Positions 1-9,392 of a stretch of 64,000 bases of DNA are shown here, piece after piece. A program made the translations under genes and the position numbers. The DNA is from Myxococcales bacterium. GTDB lineage: Bacteria > Myxococcota_A > Polyangia > Palsa-1104 > JAEUJZ01. Positions within the stretch are counted from its first letter, which is position 1; every line of letters starts with the position of its first letter. The stretch lies in NCBI GenBank assembly GCA_016794365.1, contig JAEUKB010000025.1, positions 180,693 through 244,692 on the forward strand, read 5' to 3'. The notes beneath the pieces are model-generated. The model was given only the letters and a program-made list of their open reading frames with translations, was not told the origin of the DNA and did not search any database.

Positions 1-60
1 ATCAGTGCGGGCTCCCAACTGATCCCTACGAAGCGTAAGTTGCACCTGCTTCCCTTTCGT

Positions 61-160
61 TAGGAATCGATTGGGAATCGATTAGGAATCGATTGGGAGT
101 CGATTAGGAATCGATTGGGAATCGATTGGGAATCGATTAGGAATCGATTAGGAATCGCTG
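61..160. repeat. 11-bp tandem repeat RGGAATCGATT, ~9 copies, intergenic at the 3' end of the C69 peptidase gene
   Basis: Direct reading: aggaatcgatt/gggaatcgatt units head-to-tail with one G->A variant (gggagtcgatt). Contains the palindromic core AATCGATT. Confidence 0.9.
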
Positions 161-163
161 TCT

Positions 164-1381
164 TTACAGGCCGATGCGCTGGTTGTGGCGCGCTGCCTGC
201 CATGCGGTTCCAAAGCGTCCGGGCCACTTGGTCTGCGGATTCTGTTTCAGCGACTCCGCGACTTGCTCGGTCCATTTCTGAAGCAGCCGCCGTCCTTCCG
301 AAAACGCTTGCTCCGACGGTGGAGGCTGAAGGAGCCAGCGCTGCTCGTACTGATTCCGTTCCGCTTCAAACAGCGGCAGCAGGCGCTCGGGATGCGCAAG
401 CACCATGCGATGCAGGCGCTCATGCTGCCAAAACAAGGAATGGGAATCGGCGCGCCCAAACGCGGGCTGACCGAGCTGCTCAGGAGTCAGCGGCTCATGG
501 ACCGATGCGGGCTTAAACAGAGACAGACACGGCGCAGAGGTCGCGGTCACATGGTGACGATCTCCCTGCGGTGACAGCCTGGACACCCACGAGCCGGTTG
601 TCTGGACATTGACGGCGATTCCGTGACCGTGCATGCAGGTTCCTGACACACCACCGACGATTGGATGCATATCGATGCGACCACTCTCTTCGGCGATCGG
701 GCCGTGATCGCGCAGCACCGCAAAGAGATCTTTGGGTCCGCTCGCCAGCATCGCGCGTCCTTGGGTGCGGGGCTGACGCAAGCGACAGCGCGACGCCCAG
801 GTTCGTAGCTTGTCGCTGTGTGCTTCGGCAAAGCCCGGAATCGTCAGGCCGTTCGAGATGCTGCGCGCCTGAAGCACTTCCTCGATGGCGTGATGCGGTC
901 CAGCGGTCTCTAAGACGAAGGCGCGTCGGCGGTCGGCGATGATGAAGCTGCTGAAGTATCGAAAGACGCTACCGTGTCGATCACAGTCGCCGCCTTGGCC
1001 AAACTGCGCGATCAAGTCGAGGATCACGTCAATCGCTTCCATCGCTGAGCTGGCTCGCTCGCAGCCCAGTCGAAGCAGATCCATTCCCGTCAGTCCCAGC
1101 CGAGGCACCTGATGTCGGGTAAACACCGCTTCGTTGCCGATGGTGACTCCGTGTTCGTTGGTGGCCATCTCGGCACCCCACATCCACGACGGACGCGACA
1201 TCATCACCGCGTGGGTTCGTCGCGCTTGCGGAATGCGCAGGTGCGTACAGGTCACAAAGCTACCCGGAGGATGCTCACGCGCAGGCTGCCAGTCGATGAT
1301 CTGCGCTTCTTCAGGCGGGCGATCGGAGTTCTTCGCAAACAGCACACAGTGTGGCTGCACCACGACGAGCGTGTCGCACAT
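164..1381 (-). CDS. Peptidase family C69-like dipeptidase (Ntn-hydrolase, Cys nucleophile after Met1)
   Basis: 405-aa ORF beginning MCDTLVVV...FAKNSDR, typical of the C69/secernin-type N-terminal Cys. Protein-like composition throughout. Confidence 0.6.
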   Translation of the reverse strand: MCDTLVVVQPHCVLFAKNSDRPPEEAQIIDWQPAREHPPGSFVTCTHLRIPQARRTHAVMMSRPSWMWGAEMATNEHGVTIGNEAVFTRHQVPRLGLTGMDLLRLGCERASSAMEAIDVILDLIAQFGQGGDCDRHGSVFRYFSSFIIADRRRAFVLETAGPHHAIEEVLQARSISNGLTIPGFAEAHSDKLRTWASRCRLRQPRTQGRAMLASGPKDLFAVLRDHGPIAEESGRIDMHPIVGGVSGTCMHGHGIAVNVQTTGSWVSRLSPQGDRHHVTATSAPCLSLFKPASVHEPLTPEQLGQPAFGRADSHSLFWQHERLHRMVLAHPERLLPLFEAERNQYEQRWLLQPPPSEQAFSEGRRLLQKWTEQVAESLKQNPQTKWPGRFGTAWQAARHNQRIGL

Positions 1382-1429
1382 GTTCTAGCGTTCCCCTTTG
1401 GCTGCTGTCCGATTATGCTCGCCGCTCTC

Positions 1430-2533
1430 ATGAAACCAAAGCTACGTGCCATGGTCCTGGGCGCGACGGGCGTTGCTGGCCAACAGTTCGTCGCTGCGTT
1501 GAGCGGACATCCTTGGTTTTCGCTGGCGCGGCTCTGCGCATCCGAGCGCTCTGCCGGTCGCAGCTACGGTCAGGCCCTGCGCGATGAGCGAGGCAGCCTG
1601 CGCTGGTACGCCGGTGGGGAGCCGCCGCCCGAGTCGCTCGATCTGCCGGTCATTGCCGCCAAAGAGGCCACCACCGACGGAATCGATCTGGTCTTTTCAG
1701 CGGTCGAAAGCGATGCAGCCAAAGAGCTGGAGCCGAAGTTTGCAGCCTCTGTGCCGGTGTTTTCGACGGCCAGCGCGTTCCGTTACGAGCCCGACGTGCC
1801 GATCCTGCTTCCCGGTGTAAACCGCGATCATGCCAAGCTGATCCGAACCCAGCAGCAGCGACGAGGATTCGCAGGCTTTATTGCGCCGGGACCGAACTGC
1901 ACCACCGTTGGCCTGGCCATGACGCTGGCTCCGATCCGAGCGGCTTTTGGTCTGCGTCGCGTCGTCATGACCTCGCTGCAAGCGGTGTCGGGGGCTGGAC
2001 GCTCACCGGGCGTCGCTGCGCTCGACGTGATTGACAACATCATTCCGTACATTCCCGGCGAAGAAGAAAAGGTCGAACGAGAGACGCGCAAGATCCTCGG
2101 CGACTGTCTGGGCGAATCCGATGCGGCGCGCGCGATTTCACCGCTGTCGGTTGCGGTCAGCTGTACTTGCACGCGGGTCGCTGTGCTCGATGGACATACA
2201 GAAGCTGTGTTCTGTGAAACCGAGCGTCCGGCCCCGCTCGACGAGGTCAAAGCCGCGCTGCTGTCGTTTGGCAGCGAGCTTCGAGCGCTCAACCTCCCAT
2301 CGTGTCCGGCGCAGCTGATTGCGGTGACAGACGATCCGTTCCGTCCGCAGCCGCGCCTCGATCGCGATCACGGACAAGGCATGACGACGGTGGTTGGTCG
2401 CTTGCGGCCCGAACAAGCCCTGGGTCCGCACGGTGTGAAGTACGTACTGCTGTCGCACAACACCAAAATGGGAGCGGCTCAAGGCGCGCTGCTCACCGCA
2501 GAGCAGCTTCTCGTGGACGGCTATTTTCGCTAA
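1430..2533 (+). CDS. asd: Aspartate-semialdehyde dehydrogenase
   Basis: MKPKLRAMVLGATGVAGQQFV (NAD-binding GxxGxxG), PNCTT and QAVSGAG motifs, HPWF..SERSAG. The ORF track extends upstream to 1112 over the opposite-strand gene; start trimmed to an internal ATG (1430 or 1451). Confidence 0.85.
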   Translation: MKPKLRAMVLGATGVAGQQFVAALSGHPWFSLARLCASERSAGRSYGQALRDERGSLRWYAGGEPPPESLDLPVIAAKEATTDGIDLVFSAVESDAAKELEPKFAASVPVFSTASAFRYEPDVPILLPGVNRDHAKLIRTQQQRRGFAGFIAPGPNCTTVGLAMTLAPIRAAFGLRRVVMTSLQAVSGAGRSPGVAALDVIDNIIPYIPGEEEKVERETRKILGDCLGESDAARAISPLSVAVSCTCTRVAVLDGHTEAVFCETERPAPLDEVKAALLSFGSELRALNLPSCPAQLIAVTDDPFRPQPRLDRDHGQGMTTVVGRLRPEQALGPHGVKYVLLSHNTKMGAAQGALLTAEQLLVDGYFR

Positions 2534-2890
2534 CTATCGTCTGGGACAGCGCATTTGCGGCTGGCCTGTGCTGGGACGGTTCGATGCGCCGATCGCTGCT
2601 TGCGTGTCGCACCGGATCCTGCGCAGAAGCGACGTTGGGAAGTGCGAGGCCCAAAAAACGGGTTTCACGTTGACTTTATTCCCCAGTCCTTGTGGAATGC
2701 CTCATTAGTACACTGTTGTGCGAAATGTCGCTTCCGTCCCCAAACCACTCGTTTCAGCTGCTCTCACTTCGCCGATTTTTCGACGAAGCGAGCGCTGTTT
2801 GTGGCGCAGCGACATGGATCTCACGGTTTTCCCGATTTGGCGCCGGGGCCTGCAATCCCGGTGTGGTCGTCGTGAAGGAGCTTCGAGCCG

Positions 2891-4198
2891 ATGAAGAAGC
2901 GTAAAAAGTCACTGTTTCTGGGTGCCGTCGCGAGCCTGATGTTGCTTGGTGCTTGCAATGACTATCTGACGGGTCAGGACGGCGAGCCCACGGGCCCGCT
3001 CAAGGTCGTGCGGTTGACCCTGATTGACTTCGGTCTGAACACGGGCCATTTGGTCTTCACTGATACCAGCGTGCCGTCTGACTGTACGCTGCCGCAGTAC
3101 AAAGACCTGAAGCAGTGTACGAATGACCCCTTCATGGACATGTATGGTGTCAAGAAGAGCCCGCCCAATCCAGACTCGCTGCGTCGTCTGCGCGTGGTGT
3201 TCAACAAGACACCGCTGCTCGATCTGGATGCGCCAAGCCGTGGTCTGAACTCGACGGAGCTTGAGCTGGTTCCTGAGTCGGGCGTTCCGACGGACCTGAT
3301 GCTCGTCGATCAGAAGGTGATTGGCCTGTCATGCACGAACTGCTCGACGGACAATGGCCAGGTTGGCATTCCGCTTACCTACAACAGCTTGCAGCTGACT
3401 GGCTCGGACCTGAGCCCCGATCCGTCGCAGTTCCCATACGGACCTGGTCTACAGATGGAAGTGCTGACGAGCTGCACGAGCGCGGCGAACAAGTTCAAGT
3501 GCGACAAGATCGGCTTGACCTCGAAGAACGTGGATCCGCTGGCGGCGCTTGAGCCGGATTCGAGCTACACGGTGACGCTGTCGAAGGGTCTTGCGGGTCG
3601 CGACAAAGAGCGCATTGCGCTGGATGACCGCGCGACGGCGCTGCTGTCGTTCCGTACCGAGCCGCTTCAGATCAACTCGGTGGGCAACGGCGATCACGAT
3701 CACAGCACGGAAGTGCGTGGCGGAGAGAGCGGCACTGGAACGGCCAGCGATCCGTACAAGATTACGGATGAACAAATTCCTCTCGATGGCGCGATTGAAA
3801 TCGCGACGAACGCTTCGATCGATTACAGCCGCCTCAACGGCACGTCAGCTACGGCGGAAGTGTCGGTAAACGGAGGCGCTCCGAAGGCAGTGGCGGTGAT
3901 CGTCAGCCCGAACGTCGATGGCGACTGCGGCAACCTGCGCTCGATCTACGTGGCGCCAGTTGGTGGCGTGCCGTGGGCGACTCCGACGAACCCGATGACG
4001 GATGAGGTTGTTGTGACCGTGACGCTCAAGGGCGCAGCGGTGTACGACTTGAGCCAGGTCAAGGGGCATCCGCTTGGTAAGGGCATTCACACGATGGGCA
4101 AGGACCTCGTGATTCGGGCCAAGCTGCTCAAGGGATCGGCGCCGGCGGACTACGCAGGTGTTCCGTCGAACCTGATCAAAGATCCCAACAACTGCTAG
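2891..4198 (+). CDS. Secreted lipoprotein, unknown function (first gene of the pair with the Oar-like receptor)
   Basis: MKKRKKSLFLGAVASLMLLGAC signal peptide with lipobox; 435 aa with Thr/Ser-rich beta-rich composition. RBS-like AGGAG before ATG. Confidence 0.6.
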   Translation: MKKRKKSLFLGAVASLMLLGACNDYLTGQDGEPTGPLKVVRLTLIDFGLNTGHLVFTDTSVPSDCTLPQYKDLKQCTNDPFMDMYGVKKSPPNPDSLRRLRVVFNKTPLLDLDAPSRGLNSTELELVPESGVPTDLMLVDQKVIGLSCTNCSTDNGQVGIPLTYNSLQLTGSDLSPDPSQFPYGPGLQMEVLTSCTSAANKFKCDKIGLTSKNVDPLAALEPDSSYTVTLSKGLAGRDKERIALDDRATALLSFRTEPLQINSVGNGDHDHSTEVRGGESGTGTASDPYKITDEQIPLDGAIEIATNASIDYSRLNGTSATAEVSVNGGAPKAVAVIVSPNVDGDCGNLRSIYVAPVGGVPWATPTNPMTDEVVVTVTLKGAAVYDLSQVKGHPLGKGIHTMGKDLVIRAKLLKGSAPADYAGVPSNLIKDPNNC

Positions 4199-4222
4199 TA
4201 CGACTCGCCAGGAGTTTGAACG

Positions 4223-7200
4223 ATGCGACGAAAGAATTCGAAGAACCAGGGCCGGGCCGCCGTAGTGCTGCGTGCCAAGCTGCTTCCCTGGTTGCTGGTG
4301 CTTCCGGGGGCGTACCTTGCACCGCAGGCCGCTCTTGCCCAGCAGACGCTGGCCCAGATTCAGGGCACGGTGAAAGATGAAAATGGCAAGCCGCTGGCGG
4401 GTGTGACCGTCGTTGTGCAGAGCCCGGCTCTGCAAGGTGAGCAGGCCGAAATCACCGACAACAATGGCCGCTACATCATCACGCAGCTTCCGTCGGGTGA
4501 TGACTATAAGGTCAGCTTCTTTTTCGGTGCCGATGACAAGCCCCGCGTGGAGCGCCCCGGCATCCGTCTGAGCCTTGGCAAGACCATCACGGTGAACGGA
4601 GAGATCAACCTCAGCTCGACCAAGCGAGAGGTCAAGGTCATCCGTGAGTCGGCTCCTGTCGTCGATACCGCCAGCGCATCGACCGGCGTGGAAGTGAACC
4701 AGGAAGTGCTCAGGGCAACGCCCGTTCGCGGTCGTACCTTCGAGTCGGTCCTGACGCTGGCTCCCGGTACTTCGGACGTGGCCGGTAAGACGGGCGCGGC
4801 AGGTGGTGACGTCGGTGTGCAGATCTCGGGCTCAACGGGCAGCGAGAACAACTACATCATCGACGGTCTGAACACCTCGGATCCGAACAAGGGACTCATC
4901 GGAACCGAGCTTTCGCAGTACTTCATCCAAGAAGTCAACGTCATCACCGGCGGTTATCAGGCCGAATACGGTCGCGCCACCGGCGGTGTTGTGAACATTG
5001 CAACGAAGTCCGGCGGCAACGAGTTCAAGGGCTCGGTGTTCGGTTCGTTCCAGCCGTTCCAGCTAGAGCCTCGTGGCGTTGCTCGTCTCGGCGAAGCGCT
5101 GATCACGCGCTCACGGACGAACCTGCTCTACGACTTCGGCTTCGAGCTGGGTGGACCGATCGTCAAAGATCGCATCTGGTTCTACCTGGGCTTTGCGCCG
5201 ACGTTTAAGGAATTCCAGTATCAGCGCAACGCACGCTCGCTCACGTTTGATGCTTCGACGGGTCGTGCCTCGCTGGATGCGGACTTCCAGTGCCCAAGCT
5301 ACCTGGCGAACTCGGCGCTGTGTGACGGACCGCGAACGCTGGCGCTGCGCACCGACGAGATCGGGTACGGTCAGGAAGTGGGCGGCATCGAGCGCCTCTA
5401 CAACGGCATCGCCAAGCTCCAGTTCAACCTGAACCCGGACCACAACATCCAGCTGACTTATATCGCTTCGCCGAAGATCACGGACGACTACGCGGCCATC
5501 CGCGCGGTTGATCTGGGCTCGCAGCGGTTCAATCAGAAGGATCAAGTCCACGACGCGATCTTCCACTACATCGGCAAGCTGTTCGATCGAAAGCTCCAGC
5601 TCGATGTGCTGTACGGTTACCACTACCAGGCTTCGACGCAGACGCCGGAGCTGCCGAACCTGCCAAGCATTGCTTGGGCAGCGGCGCAGACCGATCCATT
5701 TACGCTGGCCGACTTCGAGGACGTGGGCGCGTGCCGTCGCTCGATGCGAACCGACTCGATGGGCCGGATGGTCAACTTCAATCCGTGCCCGCTCACTGGT
5801 TACACGCGCGGCTACGGACAGTACGCAGACAGCCTGCTTCAGCGTCATCAGCTGATCGCTTCGGCGACGTACTTTCTGCACATGACCTCGGCTTGGAACC
5901 CGCTGCGCGGTATTCACGCCCTCAAGGTCGGCTTCGAGTTCGAGTACCTCGACAGCTACAACAACCGCACCTACACCGGCTCTGACCTGGATCCGAACGA
6001 TCCGGCGAGCGGTCACCGTGCCTATAGCCAGCAGCCCGACGGCTCGATCCAGATCACCCGCGAGTACGCTCGTCAGAACCTGGAAACCAAGGAAATCGAG
6101 CACCTTAACAACTTCGAGGGTCGCAGCTACACGCAGAACTTCTCGGCGTACCTGCGCGACTCGTGGAGCATTGGCTGGGCACCGGGTCTGGTGCTCAACG
6201 CCGGTGTGCGCTGGGAAGGCCAGGAGCTGTACGGCTCGGACGGCAAGCGCTACATCGACATCAAGGACAACTGGGCACCGCGCGTTGGCTTGGTCTACGA
6301 CTTTACGCAGCTTACGTCGCGTCCGGGTCGCTCGAAGGTGTTCTTCAACTACGGGCGCTTCTATCAGTCGATTCCGCTCAACATCAACGATCGTCAGCTG
6401 ACCGCCGAGGGTATGTACTCGTCGGGCTTCGTGCCGGGCAGCAACTGCTCGTCTGTGACCCTTCAGCCGGGTGGTCGTGCGGTTCCGGTTCCGTCGGCAG
6501 GCTGCCAGTTCTTGGCGGCAGATGGCGGCGTCGTCAACGGTGGTCGTGCGCCACTCATCTCGCCGGTCATCCAAGGCCAGTACATCAACGAGATCACGCT
6601 CGGCCTGAACTACGATGTCGGTCTCGATATCGTGCTCGGCATCAGCTACATCCACCGCGACCTTGGCAACATCGTCGAGGATATGTCGCCGGACGGTGGC
6701 ACGACCTATCTGCTCGCAAACCCCGGTGTGCCGAGCGATCCGAACGTCGTCAAGCAGCTTCAAGACGATGTCGATCGTCTCAAGGGTGCAGGCACGGCGG
6801 CCAACGCGAAGGTGGCCGACCAACTCGCGTATCAGGATGCAGTCGCACTGCTCAGCGCGTACAAGCTGGTTGGCTCGGTGTTCCCGAAGGCCCGCCGCAA
6901 CTACGACGCCCTGGTGCTGACGCTCAACAAGCGCCTGTCGAACCGCTTCTCGGTGATCTCGAGCTACACCTTCTCGCGTACGCTCGGTAACTATCCGGGA
7001 ACCTTCTCGGCGTCGAACGGTCAGAGCGATCCGAACATCTCGTCGCAGTTTGACTTGATCGACCTGCTCGCGAACCGCAACGGTCCGCTTCCGACCGACC
7101 GCCCGCACAACTTCAAGGCGACCGCGTTCTATGACCAGCCGCTGTTTGGAGACAAGGGCAAGCTGACCATCGGTCTGACCTTCACCGCCACGAGCGGTCG

Positions 7201-7576
7201 TCCGATCGAAGTCCTGGGTCGTCACCCGTACTACGGTCGTCGCGAAGTCTACATCCTGCCGCGTGGATCGGGCGGTCGTACCCCGACGGTGACGCAGTTC
7301 GACTTGCACGTCGGCTACGATCACAAGCTGACCCAGACGGTTGCGATGAACCTGTTTGTGGACGTGGTCAACCTGTTCAATCAGCGCGAAGTCGTCAACG
7401 TGGACGACGAGTTCACCGCCACCACGGTGTCGCCGATCGTGAACGGTCAGATTGCTGACCTTAAGCACCTCAAGGCCAACAACGGCACGCTGCCGACGTT
7501 CAACTCGAACTACGGTCAGCCGACTGGTTACCAGCTGCCGCTGTTTATGCGCTTTGGCTGGCGCTTGACGTTCTAG
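4223..7576 (+). CDS. Oar-like TonB-dependent outer-membrane receptor (CarboxypepD_reg N-domain, plug and 22-strand barrel)
   Basis: 1117 aa. Signal peptide, then GTVKDENGKPLAGVTVVV...TDNNGRYII (carboxypeptidase-regulatory-like fold), and plug-like DGLNTSDP. C-terminal barrel ends ...FGWRLTF (terminal aromatic). Confidence 0.8.
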   Translation: MRRKNSKNQGRAAVVLRAKLLPWLLVLPGAYLAPQAALAQQTLAQIQGTVKDENGKPLAGVTVVVQSPALQGEQAEITDNNGRYIITQLPSGDDYKVSFFFGADDKPRVERPGIRLSLGKTITVNGEINLSSTKREVKVIRESAPVVDTASASTGVEVNQEVLRATPVRGRTFESVLTLAPGTSDVAGKTGAAGGDVGVQISGSTGSENNYIIDGLNTSDPNKGLIGTELSQYFIQEVNVITGGYQAEYGRATGGVVNIATKSGGNEFKGSVFGSFQPFQLEPRGVARLGEALITRSRTNLLYDFGFELGGPIVKDRIWFYLGFAPTFKEFQYQRNARSLTFDASTGRASLDADFQCPSYLANSALCDGPRTLALRTDEIGYGQEVGGIERLYNGIAKLQFNLNPDHNIQLTYIASPKITDDYAAIRAVDLGSQRFNQKDQVHDAIFHYIGKLFDRKLQLDVLYGYHYQASTQTPELPNLPSIAWAAAQTDPFTLADFEDVGACRRSMRTDSMGRMVNFNPCPLTGYTRGYGQYADSLLQRHQLIASATYFLHMTSAWNPLRGIHALKVGFEFEYLDSYNNRTYTGSDLDPNDPASGHRAYSQQPDGSIQITREYARQNLETKEIEHLNNFEGRSYTQNFSAYLRDSWSIGWAPGLVLNAGVRWEGQELYGSDGKRYIDIKDNWAPRVGLVYDFTQLTSRPGRSKVFFNYGRFYQSIPLNINDRQLTAEGMYSSGFVPGSNCSSVTLQPGGRAVPVPSAGCQFLAADGGVVNGGRAPLISPVIQGQYINEITLGLNYDVGLDIVLGISYIHRDLGNIVEDMSPDGGTTYLLANPGVPSDPNVVKQLQDDVDRLKGAGTAANAKVADQLAYQDAVALLSAYKLVGSVFPKARRNYDALVLTLNKRLSNRFSVISSYTFSRTLGNYPGTFSASNGQSDPNISSQFDLIDLLANRNGPLPTDRPHNFKATAFYDQPLFGDKGKLTIGLTFTATSGRPIEVLGRHPYYGRREVYILPRGSGGRTPTVTQFDLHVGYDHKLTQTVAMNLFVDVVNLFNQREVVNVDDEFTATTVSPIVNGQIADLKHLKANNGTLPTFNSNYGQPTGYQLPLFMRFGWRLTF

Positions 7577-7695
7577 TCCACGCTCCCTGCGGCTTTTGCT
7601 GCGGGGATCCGTTTCGTCCTTCCCGCTCGCTTCTTCCTTTCATCCCCTACACAGACCGCGTCACCTTCTTTGGGAAGGTGCGGTACTGTACGCGC

Positions 7696-8115
7696 ATGAA
7701 GATCGTTCGCATCGACCACGTTGCGCTCTGCGTGCCCGAGCTGGACAGTGCCATTTCGTCCTGGCAGTCGGTCCTGCCGCTGCTGCTCGGCCCGCGAGAG
7801 TACGTTCCCACCCAGCTCACCGAGGCCGCGTTCCTGCTGACCCCCGCTGAAGCCGATGCCTGTGTCGAGCTGATTGCGCCGCTCCCGCGCGGTCAGAATG
7901 TCGGGCTGGAAAAGTTCTTGGAAAAGCGCGGCGGCCTTCATCACATCGCGTTTGCCGTAGAAGACATCGCCGGTGCCCTGTGTGAGCTTGCGGAGCGCGG
8001 TGTTCCGCTCATCGACAAAGTGCCTCGGCCAGGCGCGCGCGGACATCAGGTGGCGTTCCTGCATCCCAAAGCGCTTGGTGGCGTCTTGGTCGAGCTGGTC
8101 AGCGCCGATCACTAA
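7696..8115 (+). CDS. mce: Methylmalonyl-CoA epimerase / glyoxalase-VOC family protein
   Basis: MKIVRIDHVALCVPELDSA...GGLHHIAFAVEDI...GVPLID; ~140-aa VOC fold. Confidence 0.7.
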   Translation: MKIVRIDHVALCVPELDSAISSWQSVLPLLLGPREYVPTQLTEAAFLLTPAEADACVELIAPLPRGQNVGLEKFLEKRGGLHHIAFAVEDIAGALCELAERGVPLIDKVPRPGARGHQVAFLHPKALGGVLVELVSADH

Positions 8116-8205
8116 GAACGTGTCGGGAATGCGCCGCTGCTGTGGCGACATGTCGTCGCACGCTGGGGCAGATCGTGACGGTCGCTGCTGCGTTACGATG
8201 ACCTC

Positions 8206-8625
8206 ATGAAGACCCTTCTGCGCGCGCTGTCGCTGTCCTTTTCGGTGGGCGCTCTCATCCTTTTGACCGGCCACGCGGCCTCTGATGGTGCGGGTTGTAG
8301 CTCGTCTCCCGCGTCCAAAGAGACGACCGCTGTGAGCCCTCCGTCCGCTTCACCATCACCCACGCCGACCCAAGCGGCTCCAGCGAGTCCGCCGACCCAA
8401 GTGGCTCCGGCTGCGCCCGCTGCGACGCCACAAAACCCACCGGCATCGGCTCCACCTGCGAGCGCGCCCAGCGGTGATGCCCCAGCCCCCGGCCAGCTCG
8501 ATCTGGACAAGCTTCGCGTTCCCGATCGCTTCATGGGCGCATCCAAGTCCGCTGCGGTGTTCTTTCCAAAGCTGAAGGCCGACGCCGGCCCGGTTGATGT
8601 TGGATCTTCCCCGAAGGCCCACTGA
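8206..8625 (+). CDS. Small secreted Pro/Ala/Ser-rich protein
   Basis: Signal peptide MKTLLRALSLSFSVGALILLTGHA followed by a low-complexity PASPP tract. Stop overlaps the next start (ATGA), suggesting translational coupling. Confidence 0.4.
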   Translation: MKTLLRALSLSFSVGALILLTGHAASDGAGCSSSPASKETTAVSPPSASPSPTPTQAAPASPPTQVAPAAPAATPQNPPASAPPASAPSGDAPAPGQLDLDKLRVPDRFMGASKSAAVFFPKLKADAGPVDVGSSPKAH

Positions 8626-9392
8626 TGCACGCCCTGGCTTCCTTTGCGCAAGACTGGCTGATCGCCGCGCTATGGAGCTTGTTGCTGCTCATCGCGGTGT
8701 TTGTGCCGCTGGAGCGCCTGTTTCCTGCGCGCATCCAGCCAATCTTTCGTCCTGCACTCGGGACTGATCTGGCGTTTTTCTTCGGTCAGTACCTGATGTG
8801 GAACGGTCTGTCGCTGCTTGTGCTTCAGCTAATCAGCGCCCACCTGTGGAGCACGCTGCCCCTTCAAGCTCCGATGGCGATCCGCACCGTCTTCGCGGTG
8901 GTGCTTGGCGATGTGCTGGTCTATTTCTTCCATCGCGCCTGCCACAAAAGCCCGCTGCTGTGGCGCTTTCATGCCGTGCATCACTCCAGCGAGCACCTTG
9001 ACTTCCTGGCCGCGCACCGCGAGCACCCAATCGACGGCATCCTGACCCAGCTTGCGCAGAACCTGCCTGCGATTGTGCTCGGCATCTCTCCGCGCATCCT
9101 GGCCGCGCTGGCGGTGTTCCGAGGTCTGTGGGCCATCTTCATCCACTCGAACACGCGCGTGCCACTTGGACCGCTCGGATACCTGCTCGGGTCACCGCAG
9201 CACCACCACTATCACCACGCCAAAGGACAGGGCCGTAGCAACTTTGGCAACCTGGCGCCGTGGCTTGATGTGGTGTGTGGGACGCATGCATCCCCGCCGC
9301 GCGAAGACTATCCACTTGGCATCGAAGGTCAGCCACCGCTGCGCTTTTGGCACTCGCTGTGGCTGCCGTTTGTCAGTGCTCGCAGAGGCTGA
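8625..9392 (+). CDS. Fatty acid hydroxylase / sterol desaturase family membrane protein
   Basis: His boxes HRACH, HAVHHSSEH and HHHYHH with multiple TM segments. Confidence 0.7.
   Translation: MHALASFAQDWLIAALWSLLLLIAVFVPLERLFPARIQPIFRPALGTDLAFFFGQYLMWNGLSLLVLQLISAHLWSTLPLQAPMAIRTVFAVVLGDVLVYFFHRACHKSPLLWRFHAVHHSSEHLDFLAAHREHPIDGILTQLAQNLPAIVLGISPRILAALAVFRGLWAIFIHSNTRVPLGPLGYLLGSPQHHHYHHAKGQGRSNFGNLAPWLDVVCGTHASPPREDYPLGIEGQPPLRFWHSLWLPFVSARRG

Noticed and set aside
60-275. 71-aa ORF translating the 11-bp repeat (…IPNRFLIDSQSIPNRFLIDS…)
   Set aside because: A translation artefact of a non-coding tandem repeat that overlaps the real peptidase gene.
1112-1429. 5' extension of the asd ORF
   Set aside because: Overlaps the convergent C69 peptidase gene and encodes an Arg/His-rich peptide. 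The true start is at the MKPKLRAMVLGATG Met.
5111-7468. 785-aa ORF on the minus strand
   Set aside because: Antisense to the Oar-like receptor gene. Arg/Val/Asp-rich with no motifs; a typical high-GC shadow ORF.
7573-8274. 233-aa minus-strand ORF
   Set aside because: Antisense to the methylmalonyl-CoA epimerase gene; no motifs.
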